Source: Escherichia coli | GTDB taxonomy: Bacteria > Pseudomonadota > Gammaproteobacteria > Enterobacterales > Enterobacteriaceae | Assembly: GCF_046105845.1 (NCBI RefSeq) | Contig: NZ_CP151004.1 | Direction: 5' to 3' (one strand) | Length of the DNA: 64,000 nucleotides | Shown here: piece after piece, positions 44,936-57,176 of the stretch | How the letters are laid out: each line of letters starts with the position of its first letter | How positions within the stretch are numbered: position 1 is the first letter of the stretch | The notes under the pieces: model-generated | What the model was told of the DNA's origin: nothing | What the model saw: the letters and a program-made list of their open reading frames with translations, nothing else | The model's database searches: none | Program-made: the position numbers and the translations under genes

Positions 44936-46127
44936 CTACCTGCTGCTGCCGCTGATCTACCTGCTGGTTAACGTCAAAATCGCCCAGCTTGGCGAAAGTT
45001 TTCCCATCACCATCGTCACTTTTTTACCTGTCTTGTTACTGCTTTTTTTAGAGCGCATCAGCGTTAAAAAATTGATGATTGCCTTAGGGATTGGTGCGGG
45101 ACTCACGGCGTTTAACTACCTGTTTGGTCAGTCGTTGGATGCCAGTAAATACGTCACTTCAACCATGCTGTTTGTCTATATTGTGATCATTATTGGCATG
45201 GTGTGGAGTATTCGCTTTAAAACGATTTCGCCCCACAACCACCGCAAGATATTACGCTTTTTTTATCTGGTGGTCGGGTTGGTGGTGGCGCTGGCGGCGG
45301 TGGAGATGGCGCAAATTATCCTCACCGGTGGCAGCAGTATTATGGAGTCGATTTCGAAATATCTGATTTACAGCAACAGCTATGTGCTGAATTTCATTAA
45401 ATTCGGCGGTAAGCGCACGACAGCACTTTATTTCGAACCGGCATTTTTCGCTCTGGCATTAATCTCAATTTGGCTCAGCATCAAACAGTTTGGTATCAAA
45501 ACGCCTAAAACCGATGCTATGATTCTCGCAGGGATAATATTATCCGGATCGTTTTCAGGGGTTATGACCTTTATCCTGTTTTATTTGCTGGAGTGGGCAT
45601 TTCAATATCTGAATAAAGAGGCGATTAAGAAAAAGTTACCGTTAGCATTGATTTCTCTGGCTGTATTCCTGGTTGGTGTGGTAATTGCATTTCCTTATAT
45701 TTCCACCCGTCTGGGCGATTTAGGTACGGAAGGATCGTCATCATATTATCGTATTGTCGGTCCGCTGGTGATGGTCGGTTATTCTTTGACCCATATTGAC
45801 GGTGTAGTCAGATTTGGCTCACTTTATGAATATGTCGCATCATTCGGAATATTTAACGGTGCGGATGTCGGAAAAACCATAGACAATGGTTTGTATCTGC
45901 TGATTATTTATTTTTCCTGGTTCGCGGTGTTTTTATCACTGTGGTACATAGGGAAAGTGATAAAAATGATGATCAACGCTTTTGGTGATAACCGCAATTT
46001 TCGCGTGCAATTATATCTTTTTACTCCGGTATCGCTGTTTTTTACCGGTTCGATATTTAGCCCGGAATATGCATTTTTAATCGTCTGTCCGTTTATTTTG
46101 CGAAAAGCGTTAAATATTACGAGGTAA
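44910..46127 (+). CDS. wcaD: Colanic acid polymerase (Wzy-type polytopic membrane protein)
   Basis: ORF track starts at 44838; start set at the ATG at 44910 ([15 protein letters not shown]), 405 aa; overlaps the wcaC 3' end by 26 nt. Confidence 0.85.
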   Translation: MSTSIRICSYLLLPLIYLLVNVKIAQLGESFPITIVTFLPVLLLLFLERISVKKLMIALGIGAGLTAFNYLFGQSLDASKYVTSTMLFVYIVIIIGMVWSIRFKTISPHNHRKILRFFYLVVGLVVALAAVEMAQIILTGGSSIMESISKYLIYSNSYVLNFIKFGGKRTTALYFEPAFFALALISIWLSIKQFGIKTPKTDAMILAGIILSGSFSGVMTFILFYLLEWAFQYLNKEAIKKKLPLALISLAVFLVGVVIAFPYISTRLGDLGTEGSSSYYRIVGPLVMVGYSLTHIDGVVRFGSLYEYVASFGIFNGADVGKTIDNGLYLLIIYFSWFAVFLSLWYIGKVIKMMINAFGDNRNFRVQLYLFTPVSLFFTGSIFSPEYAFLIVCPFILRKALNITR

Positions 46128-46137
46128 GAATAAGAAC

Positions 46138-46884
46138 ATGTTGCTTAGCATAATCACTGTCGCGTTTCGTAACCTCGCAGGGATAGTCAAAACACACGCC
46201 TCGCTGGCGCATCTGGCGCAGGCGGACGATATCAGCTTCGAATGGATTGTTGTCGATGGCGGTTCCAATGACGGCACCCGTGAGTACCTGGAAAATCTCA
46301 AGGGTATCTATAACCTACGCTTTGTCAGCGAGCCAGATAACGGTATCTACGACGCCATGAACAAAGGCATTGCGATGGCACAAGGCAAGTTCGCGTTGTT
46401 TCTCAACTCAGGTGATATTTTTCATCAGGATGCCGCAAATTTTGTCCGTAAGTTAAAAGTACAAAAAGATAACGTGATGATCACTGGCGATGCGCTGCTG
46501 GATTTTGGCGACGGGCATAAAATTAAACGTAGCGCCAAACCGGGCTGGTATATTTATCACAGCCTGCCCGCCAGTCATCAGGCGATATTTTTCCCGGTAT
46601 CCGGCTTGAAAAAATGGCGTTATGACCTGGAATATAAAGTTTCTTCCGATTACGCGCTGGCAGCCAAAATGTATAAAGCCGGTTATGCATTTAAAAAACT
46701 CAATGGCCTGGTGTCTGAATTTTCTATGGGTGGAGTATCTACCACCAATAATATGGAATTGTGTGCTGACGCCAAAAAAGTCCAACGGCAGATATTACAT
46801 GTGCCTGGCTTCTGGGCAGAATTATCCTGGCATTTACGCCAGCGTACGACGGGTAAGACTAAAGCCTTATATAACAAAGTCTAA
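46138..46884 (+). CDS. wcaE: Colanic acid biosynthesis glycosyltransferase (GT2)
   Basis: 248-aa ORF; cluster position. Confidence 0.9.
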   Translation: MLLSIITVAFRNLAGIVKTHASLAHLAQADDISFEWIVVDGGSNDGTREYLENLKGIYNLRFVSEPDNGIYDAMNKGIAMAQGKFALFLNSGDIFHQDAANFVRKLKVQKDNVMITGDALLDFGDGHKIKRSAKPGWYIYHSLPASHQAIFFPVSGLKKWRYDLEYKVSSDYALAAKMYKAGYAFKKLNGLVSEFSMGGVSTTNNMELCADAKKVQRQILHVPGFWAELSWHLRQRTTGKTKALYNKV

Positions 46885-46899
46885 ATATAAGGAATACCA

Positions 46900-47448
46900 A
46901 TGCAAGATTTAAGCGGTTTCTCGGTGCCGAAAGGGTTCCGGGGCGGCAACGCTATTAAAGTGCAATTGTGGTGGGCAGTACAGACAACATTATTTGCCTG
47001 GTCGCCACAAGTATTGTATCGCTGGCGGGCTTTTTTATTACGTTTATTCGGCGCAAAAATAGGAAAAAACGTAGTTATTCGTCCGTCAGTAAAAATTACC
47101 TATCCGTGGAAATTAACCTTAGGTGATTACGCGTGGGTCGGCGATGAGGTCAATTTATATACCCTCGGTGAAATAACCATTGGCGCACATTCGGTGATAT
47201 CGCAAAAAAGTTATTTATGCACCGGGAGCCACGACCATGCAAGTCAACATTTCACCATTAACGCCACGCCTATTGTGATTGGCGAGAAATGCTGGCTGGC
47301 GACAGATGTTTTTGTTGCCCCAGGCGTCACGATTGGCGACGGCACCGTCGTGGGTGCACGAAGCAGTGTTTTTAAATCGCTTCCGGCAAATGTGGTTTGC
47401 CGGGGGAATCCCGCAGTGGTGATACGCGAACGCGTTGAAACTGAATAA
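46900..47448 (+). CDS. wcaF: Colanic acid biosynthesis acetyltransferase (hexapeptide-repeat)
   Basis: 182-aa ORF. Confidence 0.9.
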   Translation: MQDLSGFSVPKGFRGGNAIKVQLWWAVQTTLFAWSPQVLYRWRAFLLRLFGAKIGKNVVIRPSVKITYPWKLTLGDYAWVGDEVNLYTLGEITIGAHSVISQKSYLCTGSHDHASQHFTINATPIVIGEKCWLATDVFVAPGVTIGDGTVVGARSSVFKSLPANVVCRGNPAVVIRERVETE

Positions 47449-47474
47449 ATTCAAAAAATATAGAGGAATAAGAC

Positions 47475-48596
47475 ATGTCAAAAGTCGCTCTCATCACCGG
47501 TGTAACCGGACAAGACGGTTCTTACCTGGCAGAGTTTCTGCTGGAAAAAGGTTACGAGGTGCATGGTATTAAGCGTCGCGCATCGTCATTCAACACCGAG
47601 CGCGTGGATCACATTTATCAGGATCCGCACACCTGCAACCCGAAATTCCATCTGCATTATGGCGACCTGAGTGATACCTCCAACCTGACGCGCATTTTGC
47701 GTGAAGTGCAGCCGGATGAAGTGTACAACCTGGGCGCAATGAGCCACGTTGCGGTTTCTTTTGAGTCACCGGAATATACCGCAGACGTCGATGCGATGGG
47801 TACGCTGCGCTTGCTCGAGGCGATCCGCTTCCTCGGTCTGGAAAAGAAAACCCGTTTTTATCAGGCTTCTACCTCTGAACTGTACGGTCTGGTGCAGGAA
47901 ATTCCGCAGAAAGAAACCACGCCGTTCTACCCGCGATCTCCGTATGCAGTCGCCAAACTGTACGCCTACTGGATCACCGTTAACTACCGCGAATCCTACG
48001 GCATGTATGCCTGTAACGGTATTCTCTTCAACCATGAATCCCCGCGCCGCGGCGAAACCTTCGTTACCCGCAAAATCACCCGCGCAATCGCCAACATCGC
48101 CCAGGGGCTGGAATCGTGCCTGTACCTCGGCAATATGGATTCCCTGCGTGACTGGGGCCATGCCAAAGACTACGTAAAAATGCAGTGGATGATGCTGCAA
48201 CAGGAACAACCGGAAGATTTCGTAATTGCTACCGGCGTTCAGTACTCCGTGCGTCAGTTCGTAGAAATGGCGGCGGCACAGTTGGGTATCAAACTGCGTT
48301 TTGAAGGCACGGGTGTTGAAGAGAAGGGCATTGTGGTTTCCGTCACCGGGCATGACGCGCCGGGCGTTAAACCGGGTGATGTGATTATCGCCGTTGATCC
48401 GCGTTACTTCCGTCCGGCTGAAGTTGAAACGCTGCTCGGTGACCCGACCAAAGCGCACGAAAAACTGGGCTGGAAACCGGAAATCACCCTCAGAGAGATG
48501 GTGTCTGAAATGGTGGCTAATGACCTCGAAGCGGCGAAAAAACACTCTCTGCTGAAATCTCACGGCTACGACGTGGCGATCGCGCTGGAGTCATAA
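47475..48596 (+). CDS. gmd: GDP-mannose 4,6-dehydratase
   Basis: 373-aa SDR-family ORF ([13 protein letters not shown]-binding motif). Confidence 0.95.
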
Positions 48597-48598
48597 GC

Positions 48599-49564
48599 AT
48601 GAGTAAACAACGCATTTTTATTGCTGGCCATCGCGGGATGGTCGGTTCCGCCATCAGGCGGCAGCTCGAACAGCGCGGTGATGTGGAACTGGTATTACGC
48701 ACCCGCGACGAGCTGAACCTGCTGGACAGCCGCGCTGTGCATGATTTCTTTGCCAGCGAAAGCATTGACCAGGTCTATCTGGCGGCGGCGAAAGTGGGCG
48801 GCATTGTTGCCAACAACACGTATCCGGCGGATTTCATCTACCAGAACATGATGATTGAGAGCAACATCATTCACGCCGCGCATCAGAACGACGTGAACAA
48901 ACTGCTGTTTCTCGGATCGTCCTGTATCTACCCGAAACTGGCAAAACAGCCGATGGCAGAAAGCGAGTTATTGCAGGGTACGCTGGAGCCGACCAACGAG
49001 CCTTACGCCATTGCCAAAATCGCCGGGATCAAACTGTGCGAATCTTACAACCGCCAGTATGGACGCGATTACCGCTCGGTCATGCCGACCAACCTGTACG
49101 GGCCACACGACAACTTCCATCCGAGTAATTCGCATGTGATCCCTGCATTGCTGTGTCGCTTCCACGAGGCGACGGCACAGAATGCGCCGGACGTGGTGGT
49201 GTGGGGCAGTGGTACACCGATGCGCGAATTTCTGCATGTCGATGATATGGCGGCGGCGAGCATTCATGTGATGGAGCTGGCGCATGAAGTCTGGCTGGAG
49301 AACACCCAGCCGATGCTGTCGCACATTAACGTCGGCACGGGCGTTGACTGCACTATCCGCGAGCTGGCGCAAACCATCGCCAAAGTGGTGGGTTACAAAG
49401 GTCGGGTGGTTTTTGATGCCAGCAAACCGGATGGCACGCCGCGCAAACTGCTGGATGTGACGCGCCTGCATCAGCTTGGCTGGTATCACGAAATCTCACT
49501 GGAAGCGGGGCTTGCCAGCACTTACCAGTGGTTCCTTGAGAATCAAGACCGCTTTCGGGGGTAA
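48599..49564 (+). CDS. fcl: GDP-L-fucose synthase (GDP-4-keto-6-deoxymannose 3,5-epimerase/4-reductase)
   Basis: 321-aa ORF ([10 protein letters not shown]). Confidence 0.95.
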   Translation: MSKQRIFIAGHRGMVGSAIRRQLEQRGDVELVLRTRDELNLLDSRAVHDFFASESIDQVYLAAAKVGGIVANNTYPADFIYQNMMIESNIIHAAHQNDVNKLLFLGSSCIYPKLAKQPMAESELLQGTLEPTNEPYAIAKIAGIKLCESYNRQYGRDYRSVMPTNLYGPHDNFHPSNSHVIPALLCRFHEATAQNAPDVVVWGSGTPMREFLHVDDMAAASIHVMELAHEVWLENTQPMLSHINVGTGVDCTIRELAQTIAKVVGYKGRVVFDASKPDGTPRKLLDVTRLHQLGWYHEISLEAGLASTYQWFLENQDRFRG

Positions 49565-49566
49565 TG

Positions 49567-50046
49567 ATGTTTTTACGTCAGGAAGACTTTGCCACGGTAG
49601 TGCGCTCCACTCCGCTTGTCTCTCTCGACTTTATTGTCGAGAACAGTCGCGGCGAGTTTCTGCTTGGCAAAAGAACCAACCGCCCGGCGCAGGGTTACTG
49701 GTTTGTGCCGGGAGGGCGCGTGCAAAAAGACGAAACGCTGGAAGCCGCATTTGAGCGGCTGACGATGGCGGAACTGGGGCTGCGTCTGCCGATAACAGCA
49801 GGCCAGTTTTACGGTGTCTGGCAGCACTTTTATGACGATAACTTCTCCGGCACGGATTTCACCACTCACTATGTGGTGCTCGGTTTTCGCTTCAGAGTCG
49901 CGGAAGAAGAGCTGTTACTGCCGGATGAGCAGCATGACGATTACCGCTGGCTGACGCCGGACGCGCTGCTCGCCAGTGACGATGTTCACGCTAACAGCCG
50001 CGCCTATTTTCTCGCTGAGAAGCGTGCCGGAGTACCCGGATTATGA
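49567..50046 (+). CDS. gmm: GDP-mannose mannosyl hydrolase (Nudix)
   Basis: ORF 49564..50046 begins MMFLRQ; second ATG chosen (159 aa), with 49564 as alternative. Confidence 0.9.
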   Translation: MFLRQEDFATVVRSTPLVSLDFIVENSRGEFLLGKRTNRPAQGYWFVPGGRVQKDETLEAAFERLTMAELGLRLPITAGQFYGVWQHFYDDNFSGTDFTTHYVVLGFRFRVAEEELLLPDEQHDDYRWLTPDALLASDDVHANSRAYFLAEKRAGVPGL

Positions 50047-51266
50047 AAATACTGGTCTACGGCATTAACTACTCGCCGGAGTTAACCGGCATCGGCAAAT
50101 ACACCGGAGAGATGGTGGAATGGCTTGCGGCACAAGGTCATGAGGTGCGGGTCATTACCGCACCGCCTTACTACCCGCAGTGGCAGGTGGGCGAGAACTA
50201 TTCCGCCTGGCGGTACAAACGAGAAGAGGGGGCCGCCACGGTGTGGCGCTGCCCGCTGTACGTGCCAAAACAGCCAAGCACCCTGAAACGCCTGTTGCAT
50301 CTCGGCAGTTTTGCCGCCAGCAGTTTCTTTCCTCTGATGGCGCAACGTCGCTGGAAGCCGGATCGCATTATCGGCGTGGTGCCAACGCTGTTTTGCACGC
50401 CGGGAATGCGCCTGCTGGCGAAACTCTCTGGTGCGCGTACCGTGCTGCATATTCAGGATTACGAAGTGGACGCCATGCTGGGGCTGGGCCTTGCCGGAAA
50501 AGGCAAAGGCGGCAAAGTGGCACATCTGGCGACGGCGTTCGAACGTAGCGGACTGCATAACGTTGATAACGTCTCCACGATTTCGCGTTCGATGATGAAT
50601 AAAGCCATCGAAAAAGGCGTGGCGGCGGAAAATGTCATCTTCTTCCCCAACTGGTCGGAAATTGCCCGTTTTCAGCATGTCGCAGAGGCCGATGTTGATG
50701 CCCTTCGTAACCAGCTTGGCCTGCCGGATAACAAAAAAATCATTCTTTACTCCGGCAATATTGGTGAAAAGCAGGGGCTGGAAAACGTTATTGAAGCTGC
50801 CGATCGCCTGCGTGATGAACCGCTGATTTTTGCCATTGTCGGGCAGGGCGGCGGCAAAGCGCGGCTGGAAAAAATGGCGCAGCAGCGTGGACTGCACAAC
50901 ATGCAATTTTTTCCGCTGCAATCGTATGACGCTTTACCCGCACTGCTGAAGATGGGCGATTGCCATCTGGTAGTGCAAAAACGCGGCGCGGCAGATGCCG
51001 TATTGCCGTCGAAACTGACCAATATTCTGGCGGTAGGTGGTAACGCGGTGATTACCGCAGAGGCCCACACAGAACTGGGGCAGCTTTGCGAAACCTTTCC
51101 GGGCATTGCGGTTTGCGTAGAACCGGAATCGGTCGAGGCGCTGGTTGCGGGGATCCGTCAGGCGCTCCTGCTGCCCAAACACAACACGGTGGCACGTGAA
51201 TATGCCGAACGCACGCTCGATAAAGAGAACGTGTTACGTCAATTTATAAATGATATTCGGGGATAA
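50043..51266 (+). CDS. wcaI: Colanic acid biosynthesis glycosyltransferase (GT1/GT4)
   Basis: 407-aa ORF. Confidence 0.9.
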   Translation: MKILVYGINYSPELTGIGKYTGEMVEWLAAQGHEVRVITAPPYYPQWQVGENYSAWRYKREEGAATVWRCPLYVPKQPSTLKRLLHLGSFAASSFFPLMAQRRWKPDRIIGVVPTLFCTPGMRLLAKLSGARTVLHIQDYEVDAMLGLGLAGKGKGGKVAHLATAFERSGLHNVDNVSTISRSMMNKAIEKGVAAENVIFFPNWSEIARFQHVAEADVDALRNQLGLPDNKKIILYSGNIGEKQGLENVIEAADRLRDEPLIFAIVGQGGGKARLEKMAQQRGLHNMQFFPLQSYDALPALLKMGDCHLVVQKRGAADAVLPSKLTNILAVGGNAVITAEAHTELGQLCETFPGIAVCVEPESVEALVAGIRQALLLPKHNTVAREYAERTLDKENVLRQFINDIRG

Positions 51267-51268
51267 TT

Positions 51269-52705
51269 ATGGCGCAGTCGAAACTCTATCCAGTTGTGAT
51301 GGCAGGTGGCTCCGGTAGCCGCTTATGGCCGCTTTCCCGCGTACTTTACCCCAAGCAGTTTTTATGCCTGAAAGGCGATCTCACCATGCTGCAAACCACC
51401 ATCTGTCGCCTGAACGGTGTGGAGTGCGAAAGCCCGGTGGTGATTTGCAATGAGCAGCACCGCTTTATTGTCGCGGAACAGCTGCGTCAACTGAACAAAC
51501 TCACCGAGAACATTATTCTCGAACCGGCAGGGCGTAACACTGCACCTGCCATTGCGCTGGCGGCGCTGGCGGCAAAACGTCATAGCCCGGAGAACGACCC
51601 ATTAATGCTGGTGCTGGCGGCGGATCATGTGATTGCCGATGAAGACGCATTCCGTGCCGCCGTGCGTAATGCCATGCCGTATGCCGAAGCGGGCAAGCTG
51701 GTGACCTTCGGCATTGTGCCGGATCTACCTGAAACCGGATATGGCTATATTCGTCGCGGTGAAGTGTCGGCGGGTGAGCAGGATACGGTGGCCTTTGAAG
51801 TGGCGCAGTTTGTCGAAAAACCGAATCTGGAAACTGCGCAGGCCTATGTGGCAAGCGGCGAATATTACTGGAACAGCGGTATGTTCCTGTTCCGTGCCGG
51901 ACGCTATCTCGAAGAACTGAAAAAATATCGCCCGGATATTCTCGATGCCTGTGAAAAAGCGATGAGCGCCGTCGATCCGGATCTCGATTTTATTCGTGTG
52001 GATGAAGAGGCGTTTCTGGCCTGCCCGGAAGAGTCGGTGGATTACGCGGTCATGGAACGCACGGCAGATGCCGTTGTGGTGCCAATGGATGCGGGCTGGA
52101 GCGATGTCGGTTCCTGGTCTTCATTATGGGAGATCAGCGCCCACACCGCCGAGGGCAACGTTTGTCACGGCGATGTGATTAATCATAAAACTGAAAACAG
52201 CTATGTGTACGCCGAATCTGGCCTGGTCACCACCGTCGGGGTGAAAGATCTGGTGGTGGTGCAGACCAAAGATGCGGTGCTGATTGCAGACCGTAACGCG
52301 GTACAGGATGTGAAAAAAGTGGTCGAGCAGATCAAAGCCGACGGTCGCCATGAGCATCGGGTGCATCGCGAAGTGTATCGCCCGTGGGGCAAATATGACT
52401 CTATTGACGCGGGCGACCGCTATCAGGTGAAACGCATCACCGTGAAACCGGGCGAAGGCTTGTCGGTACAGATGCATCATCACCGCGCGGAACACTGGGT
52501 GGTTGTCGCAGGAACGGCAAAAGTCACCATTGATGGTGATATCAAACTGCTTGGTGAAAACGAGTCGATTTATATTCCGCTGGGGGCGACGCACTGCCTG
52601 GAAAACCCGGGGAAAATTCCGCTCGATTTAATTGAAGTGCGCTCCGGCTCTTATCTCGAAGAGGATGATGTGGTGCGCTTCGCGGATCGCTACGGACGGG
52701 TGTAG
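51269..52705 (+). CDS. cpsB: Mannose-1-phosphate guanylyltransferase
   Basis: 478-aa ORF ([24 protein letters not shown]). Confidence 0.95.
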   Translation: MAQSKLYPVVMAGGSGSRLWPLSRVLYPKQFLCLKGDLTMLQTTICRLNGVECESPVVICNEQHRFIVAEQLRQLNKLTENIILEPAGRNTAPAIALAALAAKRHSPENDPLMLVLAADHVIADEDAFRAAVRNAMPYAEAGKLVTFGIVPDLPETGYGYIRRGEVSAGEQDTVAFEVAQFVEKPNLETAQAYVASGEYYWNSGMFLFRAGRYLEELKKYRPDILDACEKAMSAVDPDLDFIRVDEEAFLACPEESVDYAVMERTADAVVVPMDAGWSDVGSWSSLWEISAHTAEGNVCHGDVINHKTENSYVYAESGLVTTVGVKDLVVVQTKDAVLIADRNAVQDVKKVVEQIKADGRHEHRVHREVYRPWGKYDSIDAGDRYQVKRITVKPGEGLSVQMHHHRAEHWVVVAGTAKVTIDGDIKLLGENESIYIPLGATHCLENPGKIPLDLIEVRSGSYLEEDDVVRFADRYGRV

Positions 52706-52806
52706 CAGTTGCATAATCAACCGGATTAATTCTTCGGTAAATAACGACAAAAACAAAATTGGCCGCTTCGGTCAGGGCCAACTATTGCCTGAAAAAGGGT
52801 AACGAT

Positions 52807-54177
52807 ATGAAAAAATTAACCTGCTTTAAAGCCTATGATATTCGCGGAAAACTAGGCGAAGAACTGAATGAGGATATTGCCTGGCGCATTGGTCGCGCTT
52901 ATGGCGAATTTCTCAAACCGAAAACCATTGTGTTAGGCGGTGATGTCCGCCTCACCAGCGAAACCTTAAAACTGGCGCTGGCGAAAGGTTTACAGGACGC
53001 GGGCGTCGATGTGCTGGATATTGGCATGTCCGGCACCGAAGAGATCTATTTCGCCACGTTCCATCTCGGCGTGGATGGCGGCATTGAAGTTACCGCCAGC
53101 CATAACCCGATGGATTACAACGGCATGAAACTGGTGCGCGAAGGGGCTCGCCCGATTAGCGGCGATACCGGACTGCGCGACGTCCAGCGTCTGGCAGAAG
53201 CCAATGACTTCCCTCCTGTCGATGAAACCAAACGCGGTCGCTATCAGCAAATCAATCTGCGTGACGCTTACGTTGATCACCTGTTCGGTTATATCAACGT
53301 CAAAAACCTCACGCCGCTCAAGCTGGTGATCAACTCCGGGAACGGCGCAGCAGGTCCGGTGGTGGACGCCATCGAAGCCCGCTTTAAAGCCCTCGGCGCA
53401 CCGGTGGAAATGATCAAAGTGCACAACACGCCGGACGGCAATTTCCCCAACGGTATTCCTAACCCGCTGCTGCCGGAATGCCGCGACGACACCCGTAATG
53501 CGGTCATCAAACACGGCGCGGATATGGGCATTGCCTTTGATGGCGATTTTGACCGCTGTTTCCTGTTTGACGAAAAAGGGCAGTTTATCGAGGGCTACTA
53601 CATTGTCGGCCTGCTGGCAGAAGCGTTCCTCGAAAAAAATCCCGGTGCGAAGATCATCCACGATCCGCGTCTCTCCTGGAACACCATCGATGTGGTGACT
53701 GCCGCAGGCGGCACCCCGGTAATGTCGAAAACCGGACACGCCTTTATTAAAGAACGTATGCGCAAGGAAGACGCCATCTACGGTGGCGAAATGAGCGCCC
53801 ACCACTATTTCCGTGATTTCGCTTACTGCGACAGCGGCATGATCCCATGGCTGCTGGTAGCCGAACTGGTGTGCCTGAAAGGAAAAACGCTGGGCGAACT
53901 GGTGCGCGACCGGATGGCAGCATTTCCGGCAAGCGGTGAGATCAACAGCAAACTGGCGCAACCCGTTGAGGCGATTAACCGCGTGGAACAGCATTTTAGC
54001 CGTGAGGCGCTGGCGGTGGATCGCACCGATGGCATCAGCATGACCTTTGCCGACTGGCGCTTTAATCTGCGCTCCTCCAACACCGAACCGGTGGTGCGGT
54101 TGAATGTGGAATCGCGCGGTGATGTACCGCTGATGGAAGCGCGAACGCGAACTCTGCTGACGTTGCTGAACGAGTAA
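52807..54177 (+). CDS. cpsG: Phosphomannomutase
   Basis: ORF track starts at 52759; start set at the ATG at 52807 ([14 protein letters not shown]), 456 aa; active-site TASHNP motif present. Confidence 0.93.
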   Translation: MKKLTCFKAYDIRGKLGEELNEDIAWRIGRAYGEFLKPKTIVLGGDVRLTSETLKLALAKGLQDAGVDVLDIGMSGTEEIYFATFHLGVDGGIEVTASHNPMDYNGMKLVREGARPISGDTGLRDVQRLAEANDFPPVDETKRGRYQQINLRDAYVDHLFGYINVKNLTPLKLVINSGNGAAGPVVDAIEARFKALGAPVEMIKVHNTPDGNFPNGIPNPLLPECRDDTRNAVIKHGADMGIAFDGDFDRCFLFDEKGQFIEGYYIVGLLAEAFLEKNPGAKIIHDPRLSWNTIDVVTAAGGTPVMSKTGHAFIKERMRKEDAIYGGEMSAHHYFRDFAYCDSGMIPWLLVAELVCLKGKTLGELVRDRMAAFPASGEINSKLAQPVEAINRVEQHFSREALAVDRTDGISMTFADWRFNLRSSNTEPVVRLNVESRGDVPLMEARTRTLLTLLNE

Positions 54178-54230
54178 TGTCGGATCTTCCCTTCCCCCAC
54201 TGCGGGTAGGGGCTAATAACAGGAACAACG

Positions 54231-55625
54231 ATGACAAATCTAAAAAAGCGCGAGCGAGCGAAAACCAATGCATCGTTAATCTCTATGGTGCAACGCTTTT
54301 CAGATATCACCATCATGTTTGCCGGACTATGGCTGGTTTGCGAAGTGAGCGGACTGTCATTCCTCTACATGCACCTGTTGGTGGCGCTGATTACGCTGGT
54401 GGTATTCCAGATGCTGGGTGGCATCACCGATTTTTATCGCTCATGGCGCGGTGTTCGGGCAGCGACAGAATTTGCTCTGTTGCTACAAAACTGGACCTTA
54501 AGCGTGATTTTCAGCGCCGGACTGGTGGCGTTCAACAATGATTTCGACACGCAACTGAAAATCTGGCTGGCGTGGTATGGGCTGACCAGCATCGGACTGG
54601 TGGTTTGCCGTTCATGTATTCGCATTGGGGCGGGCTGGCTGCGTAATCATGGCTATAACAAGCGTATGGTCGCCGTAGCGGGGGATTTAGCCGCCGGACA
54701 AATGCTGATGGAGAGCTTCCGTAATCAGCCGTGGTTAGGGTTTGAAGTGGTGGGCGTATACCACGACCCAAAACTGGGCGGCGTTTCTAACGACTGGGCG
54801 GGCAATCTGCAACAGCTGGTCGAGGATGCGAAAGCGGGCAAGATTCATAACGTCTATATCGCGATGCAAATGTGCGACGGCGCACGAGTGAAAAAACTGG
54901 TCCATCAACTGGCGGATACCACCTGTTCGGTGCTGCTGATCCCCGATGTCTTTACCTTCAACATTCTCCATTCACGTCTCGAAGAGATGAACGGTGTTCC
55001 GGTGGTGCCGCTTTACGACACGCCGCTTTCCGGGGTTAACCGCCTGCTCAAACGTGCGGAAGATATTGTGCTGGCGACGCTTATTCTGCTGCTGATCTCC
55101 CCGGTGCTGTGCTGTATTGCTCTGGCGGTAAAACTCAGTTCACCAGGGCCGGTTATTTTTCGCCAGACTCGCTACGGCATGGATGGCAAACCGATCAAAG
55201 TGTGGAAGTTCCGTTCGATGAAAGTGATGGAGAACGACAAAGTGGTGACTCAGGCGACGCAGAACGATCCGCGCGTCACCAAAGTGGGGAACTTTCTGCG
55301 CCGCACCTCGCTGGATGAACTGCCGCAGTTTATCAATGTGCTTACCGGGGGGATGTCGATTGTGGGTCCACGTCCACACGCGGTGGCGCATAACGAACAG
55401 TATCGCCAGCTCATTGAAGGCTACATGCTGCGCCATAAGGTGAAACCGGGCATTACCGGCTGGGCGCAGATTAATGGCTGGCGCGGCGAAACCGACACGC
55501 TGGAGAAAATGGAAAAACGCGTCGAGTTCGACCTTGAGTACATCCGCGAATGGAGCGTCTGGTTCGATATCAAAATCGTTTTCCTGACGGTATTCAAAGG
55601 CTTCGTTAACAAAGCGGCATATTGA
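54231..55625 (+). CDS. wcaJ: UDP-glucose:undecaprenyl-phosphate glucose-1-phosphate transferase
   Basis: 464-aa ORF with N-terminal TM segments and C-terminal sugar-transferase domain. Confidence 0.93.
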   Translation: MTNLKKRERAKTNASLISMVQRFSDITIMFAGLWLVCEVSGLSFLYMHLLVALITLVVFQMLGGITDFYRSWRGVRAATEFALLLQNWTLSVIFSAGLVAFNNDFDTQLKIWLAWYGLTSIGLVVCRSCIRIGAGWLRNHGYNKRMVAVAGDLAAGQMLMESFRNQPWLGFEVVGVYHDPKLGGVSNDWAGNLQQLVEDAKAGKIHNVYIAMQMCDGARVKKLVHQLADTTCSVLLIPDVFTFNILHSRLEEMNGVPVVPLYDTPLSGVNRLLKRAEDIVLATLILLLISPVLCCIALAVKLSSPGPVIFRQTRYGMDGKPIKVWKFRSMKVMENDKVVTQATQNDPRVTKVGNFLRRTSLDELPQFINVLTGGMSIVGPRPHAVAHNEQYRQLIEGYMLRHKVKPGITGWAQINGWRGETDTLEKMEKRVEFDLEYIREWSVWFDIKIVFLTVFKGFVNKAAY

Positions 55626-55626
55626 T

Positions 55627-57105
55627 ATGAGCTTACGTGAAAAAACCATCAGCGGCGCGAAGTGGTCGGCGATTGCCACGGTGATCATCATCGGCCTCGG
55701 GTTGGTGCAGATGACCGTGCTGGCGCGGATTATCGACAACCACCAGTTCGGCCTGCTTACCGTGTCTCTGGTGATTATCGCGCTGGCAGATACGCTTTCT
55801 GACTTCGGTATCGCTAACTCCATTATTCAGCGAAAAGAAATCAGCCACCTTGAACTCACCACGTTGTACTGGCTGAACGTCGGGCTGGGGATCGTGGTGT
55901 GCGTGGCGGTGTTTTTGTTGAGTGATCTCATCGGCGACATGCTGAATAACCCGGACCTGGCACCGTTGATTAAAACATTGTCGCTGGCGTTTGTGGTGAT
56001 CCCCCACGGGCAGCAGTTCCGCGCGTTGATGCAGAAGGAGCTGGAGTTCAACAAAATCGGCATGATCGAAACCAGCGCGGTGCTGGCGGGCTTCACTTTT
56101 ACGGTGGTTAGCGCCCATTTCTGGCCGCTGGCGATGACCGCGATCCTCGGTTATCTGGTCAATAGTGCGGTAAGAACGCTGCTGTTTGGCTACTTTGGCC
56201 GCAAAATTTATCGCCCTGGTCTGCAGTTCTCGCTGGCGTCGGTGGCACCGAACTTACGCTTTGGTGCCTGGCTGACGGCGGACAGCATCATCAACTATCT
56301 CAACACCAACCTTTCAACACTCGTGCTGGCGCGTATTCTCGGCGCGGGCGTGGCAGGGGGATACAACCTGGCGTACAACGTGGCCGTTGTGCCACCGATG
56401 AAGCTGAACCCAATCATCACCCGCGTGTTGTTTCCGGCGTTTGCCAAAATTCAGGACGACACCGAAAAGTTGCGCGTCAACTTCTACAAGCTGCTGTCGG
56501 TGGTGGGGATTATCAACTTTCCGGCGCTGCTGGGGCTGATGGTGGTGTCGAATAACTTTGTACCGCTGGTCTTTGGTGAGAAGTGGAACAGCATTATTCC
56601 GGTGCTGCAATTGCTGTGTGTGGTGGGGCTGCTGCGCTCAGTGGGTAACCCGATTGGTTCGCTGCTGATGGCGAAAGCGCGGGTCGATATCAGCTTTAAA
56701 TTCAACGTATTCAAAACCTTTCTGTTTATTCCGGCGATTGTTATTGGTGGGCAGATGGCGGGCGCAATCGGCGTCACGCTTGGCTTCCTGCTAGTGCAGA
56801 TTATCAACACCATTCTGAGCTATTTCGTGATGATTAAACCGGTGCTCGGTTCCAGTTATCGCCAGTACATCCTGAGTTTACGGCTGCCGTTTTATCTCTC
56901 GCTGCCGACGCTGGTGGTCAGTTATGCGCTGGGCATTGTGCTGAAAGGGCAACTGGCGCTGGGGATGCTGCTGGCGGTGCAAATAGCCGCGGGCGTGCTG
57001 GCGTTTGTAGTGATGATTGTGCTGTCGCGCCATCCGCTGGTGGTGGAAGTGAAGCGTCAGTTTTGTCGCAGCGAAAAAATGAAAATGCTTTTACGGGCGG
57101 GGTGA
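55627..57105 (+). CDS. wzxC: Colanic acid repeat-unit flippase (Wzx/MOP family)
   Basis: 492-aa polytopic membrane ORF. Confidence 0.92.
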   Translation: MSLREKTISGAKWSAIATVIIIGLGLVQMTVLARIIDNHQFGLLTVSLVIIALADTLSDFGIANSIIQRKEISHLELTTLYWLNVGLGIVVCVAVFLLSDLIGDMLNNPDLAPLIKTLSLAFVVIPHGQQFRALMQKELEFNKIGMIETSAVLAGFTFTVVSAHFWPLAMTAILGYLVNSAVRTLLFGYFGRKIYRPGLQFSLASVAPNLRFGAWLTADSIINYLNTNLSTLVLARILGAGVAGGYNLAYNVAVVPPMKLNPIITRVLFPAFAKIQDDTEKLRVNFYKLLSVVGIINFPALLGLMVVSNNFVPLVFGEKWNSIIPVLQLLCVVGLLRSVGNPIGSLLMAKARVDISFKFNVFKTFLFIPAIVIGGQMAGAIGVTLGFLLVQIINTILSYFVMIKPVLGSSYRQYILSLRLPFYLSLPTLVVSYALGIVLKGQLALGMLLAVQIAAGVLAFVVMIVLSRHPLVVEVKRQFCRSEKMKMLLRAG

Positions 57106-57176
57106 ATGGTTGTTTTAGGCTACGGCAATAAAAACAACAACATAACCTCACCTGGCATCAAATTTATGAGGAAAAA

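Noticed and set aside
47766-48563. 265-aa ORF on the - strand
   Set aside because: Antisense to gmd, which has unmistakable SDR motifs; shadow ORF.
50082-50921. 279-aa ORF on the - strand
   Set aside because: Antisense to wcaI; Arg/His-rich translation typical of a GC-biased antisense frame.
52990-54273. 427-aa ORF on the - strand
   Set aside because: Antisense to cpsG (phosphomannomutase with TASHNP active site); shadow ORF.
55140-55823. 227-aa ORF on the - strand
   Set aside because: Antisense across the wcaJ/wzxC junction; no support as a gene.
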